The translations under genes were made by a program, and so were the position numbers. Of a stretch of 64,000 bases of DNA, positions 40,661 through 52,673 are shown piece after piece (the first letter of the stretch is position 1; every line of letters starts with the position of its first letter). Location of the stretch: the NCBI GenBank assembly GCA_030141605.1, contig JAQGDQ010000619.1:1-64000 (forward strand), read 5' to 3'. Origin of the DNA: Tubiluchus corallicola (lineage: Eukaryota > Animalia > Priapulida). Below the pieces are notes generated by a model. The model saw only the letters and a list, made by a program, of their open reading frames with translations, ran no database searches and had not been told where the DNA came from.

Positions 40661-41101
40661 GCTTACTTGTTTTTTTATATTTCAATTTGTTTTTATTAAG
40701 TTATTTTCTTATTGTTGTAATAAGAAAATTATTTTTTTTACTTTGTGTTACCCAGACAATTTTAAATGCTGGTTGCAAGAGCAAACTCCTGTGTTAAACC
40801 TTAAAGTGGCCACGCTTTTGCATCACACGTGTCGCCATCTATTAGAATTATTGTTGAACTAATGCCAGCTAACACGCCTTGAACGTATCGTGTGACTAGT
40901 CATAAAATTATTCAACTTTCACGCCTATTTCAGACAACTATGTTTTTTACTCATATAAATCTGCGTACATTTTCATAATCATTATAACCATCATTATTGA
41001 TGATGTTACAAACTTACATTTAATTAATTGTATCATCGTTTACATGATCCTGTTGCATTGAAATTACGTCGTCTGTAAATCCAGTAATAGCAAAAACTAG
41101 A

Positions 41102-41460
41102 AAAGCACAAGAATACCCTCTTCATAAATAAAACTTAAAAAATTCGTCCTAAAATTTCGTACCAGTTACATGCTGTCTTATTGCACATAGAGCTTGCATT
41201 AGCAGTAACGCTGTATGAAGCTCGTAAATTAAAACTCCCGCGACGACCGTTAGGCGCAGCCATTTTGAGGATAAGTCGTTTGGAATGAGTTTAGACAACA
41301 CTGAGTAAAGTTTGAAAAAAAGGATCAGAGCATGCGCAGTACCCTTTTCAGTCACCAAGTAAAAGTTTAAATTACTTTATATTGTAACTAACGTCAGGTG
41401 TGCACACTGGGATGGTTATACAGTGACGTAATGTGTCGTCAGTGGTGCACACTGGGATAG
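41102..41460 (-). mobile_element. Fragment of the Kolobok-like MITE family
   Basis: Begins AAGCACAAGAATA; similar to 63298-63660. Confidence 0.6.
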
Positions 41461-41589
41461 TGATACAGTGGCGTTTTACTAGGCGGCGCGAATATTTTAA
41501 ATTATCAAAAATTTTCTTTTCTAATTACACAAGTCTTTCAAACAGCTAAGCATGATGCAAAGTAACGTATATATATATATATAATAATC

Positions 41590-42000
41590 TTTATTTGCCA
41601 TTAAAATACATTGATAATCACTGATAAAAACTTTACAGAGATGATCAGTCAGTGTTAGTTAATAAAAACTTACACTGCTAAAGTCAAATGCGTCAGTGCA
41701 ATCTAAACTACTGTGCAGTAATGGAAAGTAACGACGAATAAAATCAAACGTATTTACAACTATGCACAAAAAATGAAAAAAACTATGATTTAATTAATAT
41801 GGCTGTGAATATGTGAATTCTGAATTAGTGTGTATGTTATCGTACTGGTGTGACGGTATTTCATATCTGGTTAATATTAGTGATTTTAATTTTGTTTTAA
41901 ATGCTGATAGGGACTTGATTTGTTTAACCTGTAATGGTAGAGAATTCCAAAGTAGAATTGCTTGTTTGATTACAGAGTTCGTTCCGTAGTGGGTATTTGT
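41590..42000 (-). mobile_element. LINE (CR1/L2-group) 3' remnant
   Basis: - strand reads TNTHYGTNSVIKQAILLWNSLPL; 3' end resembles the 1135 family. Confidence 0.55.
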
Positions 42001-42679
42001 CGTAATTTGTGTCCACGTAACTTAATGTGGGAACTTTTTTGGGACAGAGTTTAAAATAGCCTGTTCTTTCCCTTTAACTTGAAATTACTCCGTCAAACAC
42101 ATTTCCTGTGTGTGTAGCGTATGTTGTTAGGTAATCTAGATGTACATGATTAATTCAGGAAATAGGGCAACCAAGAAAGCGTTATTTGCATAAATTATTG
42201 CCGGTGTTGTATCCGTACACGCTGTAATTTTGAAAATACCTTTACCCGACACTAATTTGTGGAGTGACAATTATTCCAATTTTGGGTTCGGAAGTCCAGA
42301 GTCGAGTCAAATTGAGTGTAATGATTGCTCTGATAAACTTAGTTAAGCGTGGTTCACACAATAGCTCACGTATCTGGGAATTGTTGTGTAACAATAATTA
42401 CTGGTGATAACACGAAGCTTGTGATTATGACTACAGGATTTTTTATCAGAAAAACATCTTTGCTCCATTAATTTCAAATCATTGAAACTTGCATGACACC
42501 TTCACTGTTAAAATCACGGCAAAGGGAATTGTAATAACGCCACCTATGAACGAAAATGATAAGGTCTTGTTTTGGCCTTTTTGGGTCTTCAGTGGTTCCC
42601 GTGATGATTCTAGACCTGCTCATCTGGTTTTCAGCTTAGCCTTTATTTTTGCTGTTTTCAGGTTTGTGTTCTCTTTCAC

Positions 42680-42773
42680 TCCCCCCCCCCCTCTCCCTCT
42701 CCTTCCCTCTCCCTGTTGCTCCCCTTCTGTTTTTCGTCTTCCCTCTCCCTCGTTCTCTCTCTCTCTTTCTCTC

Positions 42774-42812
<39 letters not shown>

Positions 42813-42836
42813 GTCTGTCTCTGTCTCTCTTTCTCT

Positions 42837-42896
<60 letters not shown>

Positions 42897-42965
42897 TCTC
42901 TTTCCCTGTATCTCTCTCTCTCTCTTTCTCTCTTTTCTCTCTCTCTCTTTCTCTCTCTTTCTGTA

Positions 42966-43015
<50 letters not shown>

Positions 43016-43075
43016 TCTCTGTCTCTATCCCTCTCTCTCTGTCTCTCTCTCTGTCTCTCTCTCTCTCTCTCCCTC
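42680..43075. repeat. (CT)n compound microsatellite
   Basis: Visible directly; shares a non-repetitive core with the 35718 tract. Confidence 0.93.
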
Positions 43076-43523
43076 AGTCTTTTGTTACAGACTATGAAGC
43101 TTCCCACATAATAATGAAAAGTTAGTTTTGAACCAATTAACTCAAAGATTTCCTGTATTGCTTACAATACTAATTACTAATAAACATGAACTTGACAGAC
43201 TGAAGATCCCACAATAGAGGAATGAAAAAAACGTTTTAATTCACGGCTGTATAATTTCGTCATTAAAACGAATCCATGAATAAATTGTCGGGAATAAAAC
43301 GGCGTTTAATTGGGAAAGGAAACCAATAATAACAGGATAGCTGGAGGGCTTAGAACACACGGGAAGTGACCAATCAGTGAAAAGGTCAATGATTTTTATA
43401 AGCAGTTGAATAGCTGTAAAATACAGACATTGTTTATGAATGGACGAGATTATACGTACAGAGAAAAGGCGTTCGTTTTTGGCTGATAGCTTTGCACACT
43501 ATATTGGTTAGTCGCATAGTTAT

Positions 43524-44666
43524 TGTAACAATACCATAGATATGGTTTGTGTAGATCAAAGATCTCGGCGATTGCTTAGAAGTGTTGTGCATTCTAGACT
43601 GTCATCAAGTCTCTTGCTGTCCTGATCTTCTTTGTTTAAGTTCCTAATTAGTTTAATAAATACTACTTATTATGCACGCATTCGTCTGGTTGTTAATATT
43701 ATTGTAGCGTGTAACATGGTGTCAGAAGTGGGATTCGAAACCACGGCCGCATTTGCGGACCAGAATGATACTACTTCTAAATGCTAGATGAACACTTATT
43801 TAGCTTGAGTTAGTTAACAGAACTTGTTTTCAACTTTAAAGAAGGGAAGGTGTAACAATACCATAGATATGATTTGTGTAGATCAAAGATCTCGGGGATT
43901 GCTTAGCAGTGTTCTGCATTCTAGACTGTCACGCTGATCTGATCTTCTTTGTTTAAGTTCCTAATTAGTTTAATAAATACGACTTTATTATGCATGCATT
44001 CGTCTGGTTGCTAATATTATTGTAGCGTGTAACATGGTGTCAGAAGTGGGATTCAGCCGGCTGCATTCGGGAGAATGATACTTCTAAATGCTAGATGAAC
44101 ACTTATTTAGCGACTTAGTTAACAGAATTTGTTTTCAACTTTAAAGAAGGGAAGATGTAACAATACCATAGATATGGTTTGTGTAGATCAAAGATCTCGG
44201 CGATTGCTTAGCAGTGTTCTGCATTCTAGACCGTCTTCAAGTCTCTTGCTGATCTGATCTTCTTTGTTTAAGTTCCTAATTAGTTTAATAAATACGACTT
44301 ATTATGCACGCATTCGTCTGGTTGCTAATATTATTGTAGCGTGTAACATGGTGTCAGAAGTGGGATTCCAGCCCACGGCTGCATTCGCGGGCCAGAATGA
44401 TACTACTTCTAAATGCTAGATGAACACTTATTTAGCTTGACTTAGTTAACAGAATTTGTTTTCAACTTTAAAGAAGGGAAGATGTAACAATACCATAGAT
44501 ATGGTTTGTGTAGATCGAAGATCTCGGCGATTGCTTGGCAGTGTTGTGCATTCTAGAATGTCTTGCTGCTCTGATCTTCTTTGTTTAAGTTCCTAATTAG
44601 TTTAATAAATACGACTTTATTATGCACGCATTCGTCTGGTTGCTAATATTATTGTAGCGTGTAACA
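43524..44666 (+). mobile_element. Tandem-array TRIM (miniature LTR retrotransposon): 4 LTRs and 3 internal domains
   Basis: LTRs TG...CA at 43524-43716, 43851-44034, 44156-44348, 44483-44666, each with AATAAA; PBS TGGTGTCAGAAGTGGGATT (tRNA-Leu) after LTRs 1-3; PPT AAAGAAGGGAAG before LTRs 2-4; 5-bp TSD GTTAT around the whole array. Confidence 0.93.
43717..43809 (-). pseudogene. Partial tRNA-Leu(CAA)-derived sequence inside the TRIM internal domain
   Basis: - strand: CTCAAG, 38 nt, then TTCTGGTCCGCAAATGCGGCCGTGGTTTCGAATCCCACTTCTGACACCA; 5' half of the tRNA missing. Confidence 0.7.
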
Positions 44667-45094
44667 GTTATCACTTGCAAACTTGGATCATTCCAATTAT
44701 ATTCTATTTCTTCAGCAATTATGCAGAAGTTGATCTGCATATTGTAATTGTAATTTATTATCACTTCACAATGTATTTTTCCATTACAATTTGCATTATT
44801 ATCTTTAACTATTGTGCCCTATAACTAGAAAATGAAATATAGTTACAATAATTGTAACAGAACTACATTAGTATACTATAGCATGATATAGTTAGGGAAA
44901 AATTCCAGATATAATTACAACAATTTAACAGAAGTGTACTAACATAGTTACTAAACTACATAATAGTTTGTCAACAAGAAATAGATGCCGCATGGTGGTC
45001 AAGAAGCAAAGCTTGTAAGACCACCATGAAAAGTGAAAAAACGACTTAATTTACAAGAGAGACAATTATGGAAAAACAGGGAGTAGTTAAGATA

Positions 45095-45230
45095 AAATAA
45101 TAGACAGAGATGGAGAAAAAGAGAAAAGAAATGAATTAGAAAGAAGTTCAGCAGAGACACGATGCAAAGGTATGAAAATGTAAAATGCAAAATAACCAGT
45201 CGTGGTATTTACTGTGACTATCGGCATATT
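45095..45230. repeat. Dispersed repeat shared with about 8478-8602
   Basis: AGAAAAAGAGAAAAGAAATGAATTAGAAAGAAGTTCAGCAGAGACACGATGCAAA in both places. Confidence 0.75.
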
Positions 45231-45529
45231 GAAAAGTGGTGGCGCATCTAATTCCGGGGATGGGTCAAGTTTAAGAATTCTTATCTTAATCACTGGTCAT
45301 CTAGTAGAGGGTTTGGACTTTGGAAAAGACTACCACTACGCGAGACAGTAATAAGATACTTCATGCTTGACTTTTTTCAGAAGGTTGTCAAGCTTTTAGT
45401 TCAAACCTTTAGACTTGGGACAGGTTTGTGGATCCACATTTAAATACATCGATAATTATACAAAAAAATTGTTTCTGTTTATCATAACCAAATTTGCCAT
45501 AACAGCAGGTGGTTTTTATGTCGGTATGA

Positions 45530-45950
45530 CTGTCCATCATCGTCATCGTCATCATCGTCATTAACATAATCGTCATTGTTATCACCTCCATGTCATCGGC
45601 ATCTTTATCATTATCGTGATCATCACTGGCGTCATCATCATCATCATCATCACTTTCATCATCGTCGTCGTCGTCCTTCTCCTCCTCTTTCTCCTCCTCC
45701 TCCTCCTCATCATCGTCATCGTCATCATCGTCATTAACATCATCATCATTGTTCTTACCTCCGTATCATTGGCATCTTTATCATCATCATGATCATCATT
45801 AGCGTCATCATTATCATCATCGTCATCATCATCATCATCGTCATCATCATCATCATCATCATTATCATCACCGTCATCATCGTCGTCGTCGTCCTTCTCC
45901 TCCTCATCCTCTTCCTCCTCCTCCTCATCATCATCATTATCATCATCATC
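45530..45950. repeat. (ATC/GTC/CTC)n degenerate trinucleotide tract with internal duplication
   Basis: Visible directly. Confidence 0.9.
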
Positions 45951-47349
45951 ACCTCTAATACGTCTGTTAAAGGAAAAGTGTGCTCAAGTTCAATGAGTAG
46001 TTTTTTCAGGTAACAACTTTGATTAATTTAGAAATTGCAAGTAGTTCGAAGCCCAGTTTACAGATTTATATAGTAAATTTATAATCTTGACTGCTTATGT
46101 GAATTCATTCAAGTAATGTGACATTGGTTGGATGATTCAAGGTCATGCTAGGTGATTCAAGGTCGTCAGAGATTCCCTTTCAGATACATGTACTCCATCA
46201 TTGCGGTGAAAAGTTGGGATTCGAAACTTACGCTACTTAAATTTGAAGGAAAACTCACGTGACGTCTTACCTGAAGATGTTTGTTTATTTTTGACGTTCG
46301 CAAGCTAACACGTGCTGCGCCCGATTACGTAATTACGCAAAATGGCGACCCTGATTATAATGCAAATCACTTAGTCATTTTTCAGCCAATGGGGTTACTG
46401 TCTCACCGTATGCAATTATGCAAATCATTATCAATGTGTATATGAGTTGATGATACCATTGCTTGGTATACTACATATATATTATATATCCTACAATTTA
46501 CACAAATGCGAAATTTATTCAAATAAGTTCGCCTCACTTGTCATTAAATTTGGGGTGACCTTCCGTTGTAACGTTATTGCACATTTTCTGCATAGTTTTT
46601 CTTAAAACCCATATTTTCAGTTTTTTTTACAACCAGACTATAATCAGGTATCCAACACTCGAGGCTGTGTTCACTGCTAATGTTTAACTGTTGATCCAGG
46701 ATCTTATCGGAACTAAGACAGATTTGAACACGAGTGCCCTTACTCAGTGACGTAAATTGCCATGGGGAGTAGGTAGGGGGTCCTAGTGTCATGAAATTAT
46801 GAGCCCCCTTCAGATTGATCCGCCCTGTAACTCGCCCGCCCCCGTGTTGAATTGATTTTACTCGTGTTTTATATTAGCGACATTTGTGGGCAATGAAATA
46901 GGTGGGAGAGCTGTTAATGAATTAAACTTTGCCCACAAGTATTAAGCCTGTTAGCTTTTTCAATCAAATAAAAAAACAATCATTAACAAATCACGAGGAA
47001 TTATATTGTAACATCTATACTATCAGGTACATAGATAACATAATTATCAATACTGAAATAGCACTATACTAAAACACAACGGAACATAACCTGGCTAGCC
47101 CACAGGTCTAAATGTTCAAGGTAGACCTGTCTTACACAGCTTAAATACAGAAAACTAGAACACTATTAATGTAAAAGGTCATTCAGAAGCAAATAAGTAC
47201 AGTAAGATTAGAGGGAAATTTAAGCTATATCAATGCTGAAACAAGCCTAAAAGGCAAGAAGACACAATGTAATATTTAAAAGTCAAGCTAATCATCGCGA
47301 AGTAATTAAGACGAACTTCGCGACAACATTTACACAGCTTGAAGTAAAC

Positions 47350-47927
47350 GTATTGCATTTTTTTACAAACTAGACTAGCTGTCTTTTGTTTGACAATGAA
47401 AATATACTTTAAGAAATATCACTCTTTTAATATTTATTGCAAAGCACACATTTCAACACAATCGTAGTGAAGAAACAGATTTTTTACGAAATGTTACCAA
47501 AGCTTTAGGGCCGCCAAGCTTAAGCAGTCAAATGTTGCCTGCAGCCCCTCAAGAGAAGGCACAGTGTGTATCATGGTTTATTGAGACAAAATCGTATGTG
47601 CGAAACTACAGAACTAAGTATGGAAAAGATCCATGGGGTTATCTGATAGACATCGTGTATCGAACAAAGACACGGGACATTACTGACTTGAAGCAAAGGA
47701 TTTCTGATGCCATCGCCATCATTGATGAGGCTATGCTCATGGCAAGAAATCGTGTACCGTCTTGATGTGCTTCGTGCAACTAATGGAGCCCATATAGAGG
47801 TGTATTAAATGAGTTAAAAAAACTTTGACAACCACTGATTACATCAGAACAAATCTTGTTAACAAATCTTGTCAACTGCCTTTGTAATAAATTTTAAAAA
47901 CTGTAAAGAGACTTTATAGACACCCTG
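47350..47927 (+). mobile_element. Internally deleted Tc1/mariner-superfamily transposon remnant
   Basis: N-terminal PQEKAQCVSWFIETKS...YRTKYGKDP joined directly to C-terminal WGYLIDIVYRTK...DLKQRI..., then frameshifted YRLDVLRATNGAHIEVY; right-TIR-like ACTTTATAGACACCCTG; left boundary uncertain. Confidence 0.8.
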
Positions 47928-48599
47928 TTTGTCTGTGTTTAATTCCAATTCCAGGTCATTTCTTTGTTTTGAATGCTTTTTGGGGAGGGGATTTTGGGAT
48001 AGCAACTAAGTTTACAGGTTTTTATGACGTAAATCGCTGTATATTATGACGTCACTCAGCAGGCGCGTTATTTACTTCTTTGTTTACTTCTGTGAGCAAC
48101 TGCGCATGCTCGCCAGCGTGTGTGCTAAACATTCAAGGTGAAGACGCTAACATCCTTCCATGAGAAGTATCATATTTTATGATGAATTACTTTTGCCTTT
48201 GGGCATGCTTTCTGCTCCAGAAGTCAATTGGGGTTACTTTGGCCAAGGTGAGAAATGAGGAGGCGAGAGAGAAGAAAGGGACGCGCTGACAAAATTTGTC
48301 GATTTATGATGAATTCTCAGGATGGTGTCTCAAGGTTTACGTCCGATGCTGTCACTTTCTCAACAGTTTACAACCCGCTGTTTCATTCATGATAATGTTA
48401 CGTGAGTTGAGATTTTAATTAGTTGATCTGCCGCTGCGTATGGCGGTAAAGTTGTCAACAATTTACCTGTCAGACTCACGTGATTCTATAGATTTTATAG
48501 CTGACATGTCAAGGATTATTATTGCCTTGATCTGCAGTGGGGAGGGGGCTATGTTTGTCCCGCTGTCTAGGACAACCTCTCCACGTTCTCTTGCCACTT

Positions 48600-48601
48600 A
48601 T

Positions 48602-48652
<51 letters not shown>

Positions 48653-48726
48653 GATGGTGGTGGTGGATGGTTGTTGTTGGTTGTTGATGGGTGGTGGTGT
48701 TGATGGTTGTTGTTGGTGTTGCCACT

Positions 48727-48773
<47 letters not shown>

Positions 48774-48900
48774 GTTGCTGTTGTTGTTGATGGTTGTTGT
48801 TGGTTGTTGATGGTTGTTGTTGGTTGTTGATGGTTGTTGTTGGTGTTGGTGTTGGTGTTGTTGTTGGTGTTGGTGGTGGTGGTGGTGGTGTTGTTGTTGT
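48600..48900. repeat. (TA)n and (GTT/GGT/GAT)n tract, the expanded tail of retroposon copy 3
   Basis: Contiguous with the tail of the element at 48895. Confidence 0.85.
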
Positions 48901-49320
48901 TGGCATCTTTCTGTCTCGGAAGACAATGGAGTGTGCGCCAAGAGAGCCAGTTACTGATCACATTGATGGAGCTGCAGCGTCGACTGTGGCTGAGCAGTCC
49001 GATCCTTGAACGTCTCCAGGGCGCACGCCTGGGCAAGGTGTATGGAGATCCTGAGTTGCCCAGACAACAGGAACCCCCTCTCTTCCTCCCTGGTGTAGTC
49101 CAAAGGAAAGCAGAGCGATACGTTTGGCACCAGGTTGGCTGCAGGAGCTGCCGGAGTCAGTGAGCATGCTGCACTGGTCCGCCTTCGGGGCTCCACTCCT
49201 GATTTGGAAGGTTTACTCCTCTACACATGGCCGTTGGGTCACTTGACCTCCTCCGGCCTCTAGCCATTGGCTGCTTGTACAGCTCCTCCGCCTAGTGCCG
49301 AGATAGCGTGGGCATCCCGC
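48895..49320 (-). mobile_element. RTE-type non-autonomous retroposon, full-length copy 3
   Basis: Closely similar to 4589-5015; 5' end GCGGGATGCCC; SRIGLLSHSRRC in - strand frame. Confidence 0.85.
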
Positions 49321-49789
49321 TGTATATATATAATTAGATAAACAGGCTCGCAAGACATGCCATAAGTTTTTCAAATTTACAGAATAGTTCACAACTGCTG
49401 TTGTGCATTAAATTTAATTCACGTAATAAAATAAATACACAAATATTTTTCCTCGACTCAGTAATACATACAGTAGCATGTCTATAGTGTCGTATGTCGT
49501 GTTCCTACTGTGATGGAGTAGCTGAACCTTACATAATAATTAATTCCTCACCTGCTGCCATCTGGTGTGATTTATTAAAGTAAAACGGCTGAAGAAAAGC
49601 CGAGGCCTTGTAAAATACAGAATTTGTCAGAGCAGTAGATATGAAAGTACGGCTAACACATATTATGGAATTTACGCTTACATAGTCGTAATATCATGTA
49701 TTTTGTATGTATTAGTGCTGAATAAATAATAAATGTATCAAAAAATATCAATGCCCGAATAGTTCTAAATAAAATGCCTCTAACTTGGT

Positions 49790-50098
49790 GTGATAAAGCT
49801 GCGTCTAAGGACAACATTAACATTCGATTCCTCTGAGAATAGCGAAATATTATCTAGACGAAATGACTTTATTTTTATAACTAATAGTGTCATAAATAAT
49901 TTTAAATTTCTAAATAGCACAGTTAAAACTAAAGTATTTCGAACGTATTGCCACAGTTTTTATGAATCTCAAAATTGCAAACTTGACAACTGTTGTGGAT
50001 ATATTATTGATACAGTCTAGAGTATCGGTGACAGGATGCTATGGTAATTACCATATCGTACTCATAGATATATCGTAGTCATAGATATATACTACCTC
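49790..50098 (+). mobile_element. Degraded LINE ORF2 fragment, interrupted by the 5S-retroposon insertion
   Basis: NSVINNFKFLNSTVKTKVFRTYCHSFY...W*LPYRTH with in-frame stops resembles post-RT segments of non-LTR retrotransposons. Confidence 0.55.
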
Positions 50099-50114
50099 TT
50101 ATTAGCAGAATTAT

Positions 50115-50649
50115 GTATTATCTACGGCCATATCACGTTGAAAATCTCGTCTGATCACCGAAGTTGAGCAACGCAGAACCTGGTTAGTACTTGGATGGGT
50201 GACCGCCTAGGAATACCAGGTGCTGTAGGCTTGCGGGATGCCCACACTGTATCTCGACACTAGGCGTAGGAGCTGCACAAACAGCCAACGGAGGAGAAGG
50301 TCAAGTGACCCAATGGCCATGTGTAGAGGAGTAAATCTCACAAATCAGGAGTGGAGCCCCGGAGGCGGACCAGTGCAGCATGCTCACTGACTCCGGCAGC
50401 TTCTGCAGCCAACCTGGTGCCAAACGTATCGCTCCGCTTTCCTTTGGACTACACCAGTGAGGAAGAGAGGGGGTTCCTGTTGTCTGGGCAACTCAGGATC
50501 TCCATACACCTTGCCGTGTACCCTGGAGACGTTCAAGGATCGCACTGCTCAGCCACAGTCGACGGTGCAGCTCCATCAATGTGATCAATAACAGACTCTC
50601 TTGGCGCAGACTCCATTGTCTTCCGAGACAGAAAGATGCCAACAAACAA
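50115..50649 (+). mobile_element. Chimeric 5S rRNA plus RTE-type retroposon (copy 4), SINE3-like
   Basis: Body 50233-50649 matches copies 1 and 3; 16-bp TSD TTATTAGCAGAATTAT at 50099-50114 and 50650-50665 encloses both parts. Confidence 0.88.
50120..50232 (+). pseudogene. 5S rRNA-derived sequence (retrocopy with small internal deletion) heading a retroposon
   Basis: TCTACGGCCATATCACGTTGAAAA...GATCACCGAAGTTGAGCAACG...TGGTTAGTACTTGGATGGGTGACCGCCTAGGAATACCAGGTGCTGTAGGCTT matches metazoan 5S; no T4 terminator. Confidence 0.92.
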
Positions 50650-52244
50650 TTATTAGCAGAATTATCATGTACTATTTGTGAAAGATGTTGTGAATGCAAA
50701 CAAGTGTAAACATTTTGAATTTTTGAACAGAAATGAACTGATTGGATATGTCAAAATTAATTTAAATAATGTATTATTTTTTATTGTACTCCCCTAGACT
50801 AACTGTTGTATTATTTATTATCCCTTTTTTGTTTAGATTGTTACAATGTGTAAATAATCTTATTATTTATGCTATTAACAAATTGAAAATTGTACTGCAA
50901 TTTCGAAATAAATGGTAATGATAATATATGATAATAAATGATGAAATAAATGATAATAAACAAACGAGAATGTAAATATTTCTTTGCATTTTCACTTTGT
51001 CACCATTATTTGGTACATCGTGTCTTCACAGTCGTCATCACTATCGTCATCATCGTCATTATCTTGTTCAGCAAATGTTGTCGTCATCGTCATCATCATT
51101 ATTGTCATCTTTTGTTATACATGTGTGCAAGGAATGCCCTAACATCCCCTCAATTAAGTATTTAATTACCAGCTGTTTGTGGATAATATTATCGTTATTG
51201 CGACATGTATTTTAAAACTAGCAGAACTATACTATAATGCTCTATCTCTATGCTCAAGATCAGAGCTCAACAACTCACTGGTGTGGAGCTTGTTAGGATT
51301 TGAGCTCTCTATGTTCAGGATCAGGATGTTCGGAACATCGATTAGATGCTGATCAAAGACTAGCTCAGGCTCTTCTTATCTCCAAGCAACTTTGTTGTTA
51401 TAGATGTTGACTATAGGGTTACGTTTCACACAGTGTGCCTCAGCCCTGTAATAAACTATTCACACATGCAATGTGATTTTTATAACATTTTCGTGCACAA
51501 GTGTAGCGTTGGCGGTCTGAGTACCAAGCTCTTATTGTAAACTGCAAAAGTCTTATGCTAAACAAAGCAGAATTAAGTTAAACTGAAAGGTGTACTATAA
51601 TCAGTAGTAGTAGTAAAAACTGCACTAAACAAATTGTCGCCATCGCTTGGGTATATATTATATATTTTTGCACATACATTAATCACTTATATATAATATA
51701 TGACACCAACATACTAATTGACAAAATATCACAACATTGATTTTAAACACCACTGCAAAAAATTAACAAATGGAGAACGACATTTATCAAACTTTTGCAT
51801 TCTGTATCGAAAAAAATGACCCTTTAGTTGCTCGAAAATTAATGTGGAAGGGTTGAACAACAATTAAAATTCGTCAACAGCAAACTAGCAACAGAGGATT
51901 ACACATAGAAAGCTTTCGATGAACATGTAATCAAACAACAGTGTTATTATGAAATGTATCCGCCATTAACGTTACTAATACTGAGAACACGAGTCATCAA
52001 CAAGTACACGTTGACAATAACAAAAAAATAAATCAATAATTTATTTATCGAACGGGATCTTTAGCTCAATAGCATAAGATTCAATTCATTGTCAACATTA
52101 TTTACAAGATATTATAGTAGTTTATCTTTCCCCTTTGGTGCTACAAAAGCCTTATAATACACAAACAGTATAAATTATATTCTCTCTCCACTTTCAGCAG
52201 TGTAGAACTGATAACTTGCTGCCAGGTTTTAAGGCAATAATTAA

Positions 52245-52673
52245 CCCTTTCAGTCCCAAATTATTTTTTTAATAAGAAAAAATTTTTTGGCTTGGTACTT
52301 TTGTTCAGTATGTCCATCTTATTTACACATAATAATTATTTTTTTCTACCTGTGCCCGCATGCTAAATATAGCCTGTATCCCACGGGATACATTGGGATT
52401 CAATGGAAGCATAAAATGTGCTTCATTTTGCAACTGCTGATAATTTTCTAAAGTATTTAAGACATTTAATATGCATGCTATGTTGATCTGTACAAAGTCG
52501 TCTCTAAAGTACTGTACCTTGCACAGTTTTTTATGCTATGTAGATTTTCTAGTTTGCCATTTTATCAGCATTTTTAGTCTATTGTTATTGGCTTAAATCA
52601 AAATAACTATTTTATTAATTTTAAAGGCAGAAAATATTCTCGTATCCCACGGGATGCAGCGGGTATGAAAGGG
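52245..52673. mobile_element. piggyBac-like MITE
   Basis: TTAA|CCCTTTCA...TGAAAGGG|TTAA; subterminal GTATCCCACGGGAT near both ends. Confidence 0.85.

Noticed and set aside
50120-50232. Functional 5S rRNA gene
   Set aside because: Internal deletion, no T4 terminator, solitary, and enclosed with a retroposon in one TSD
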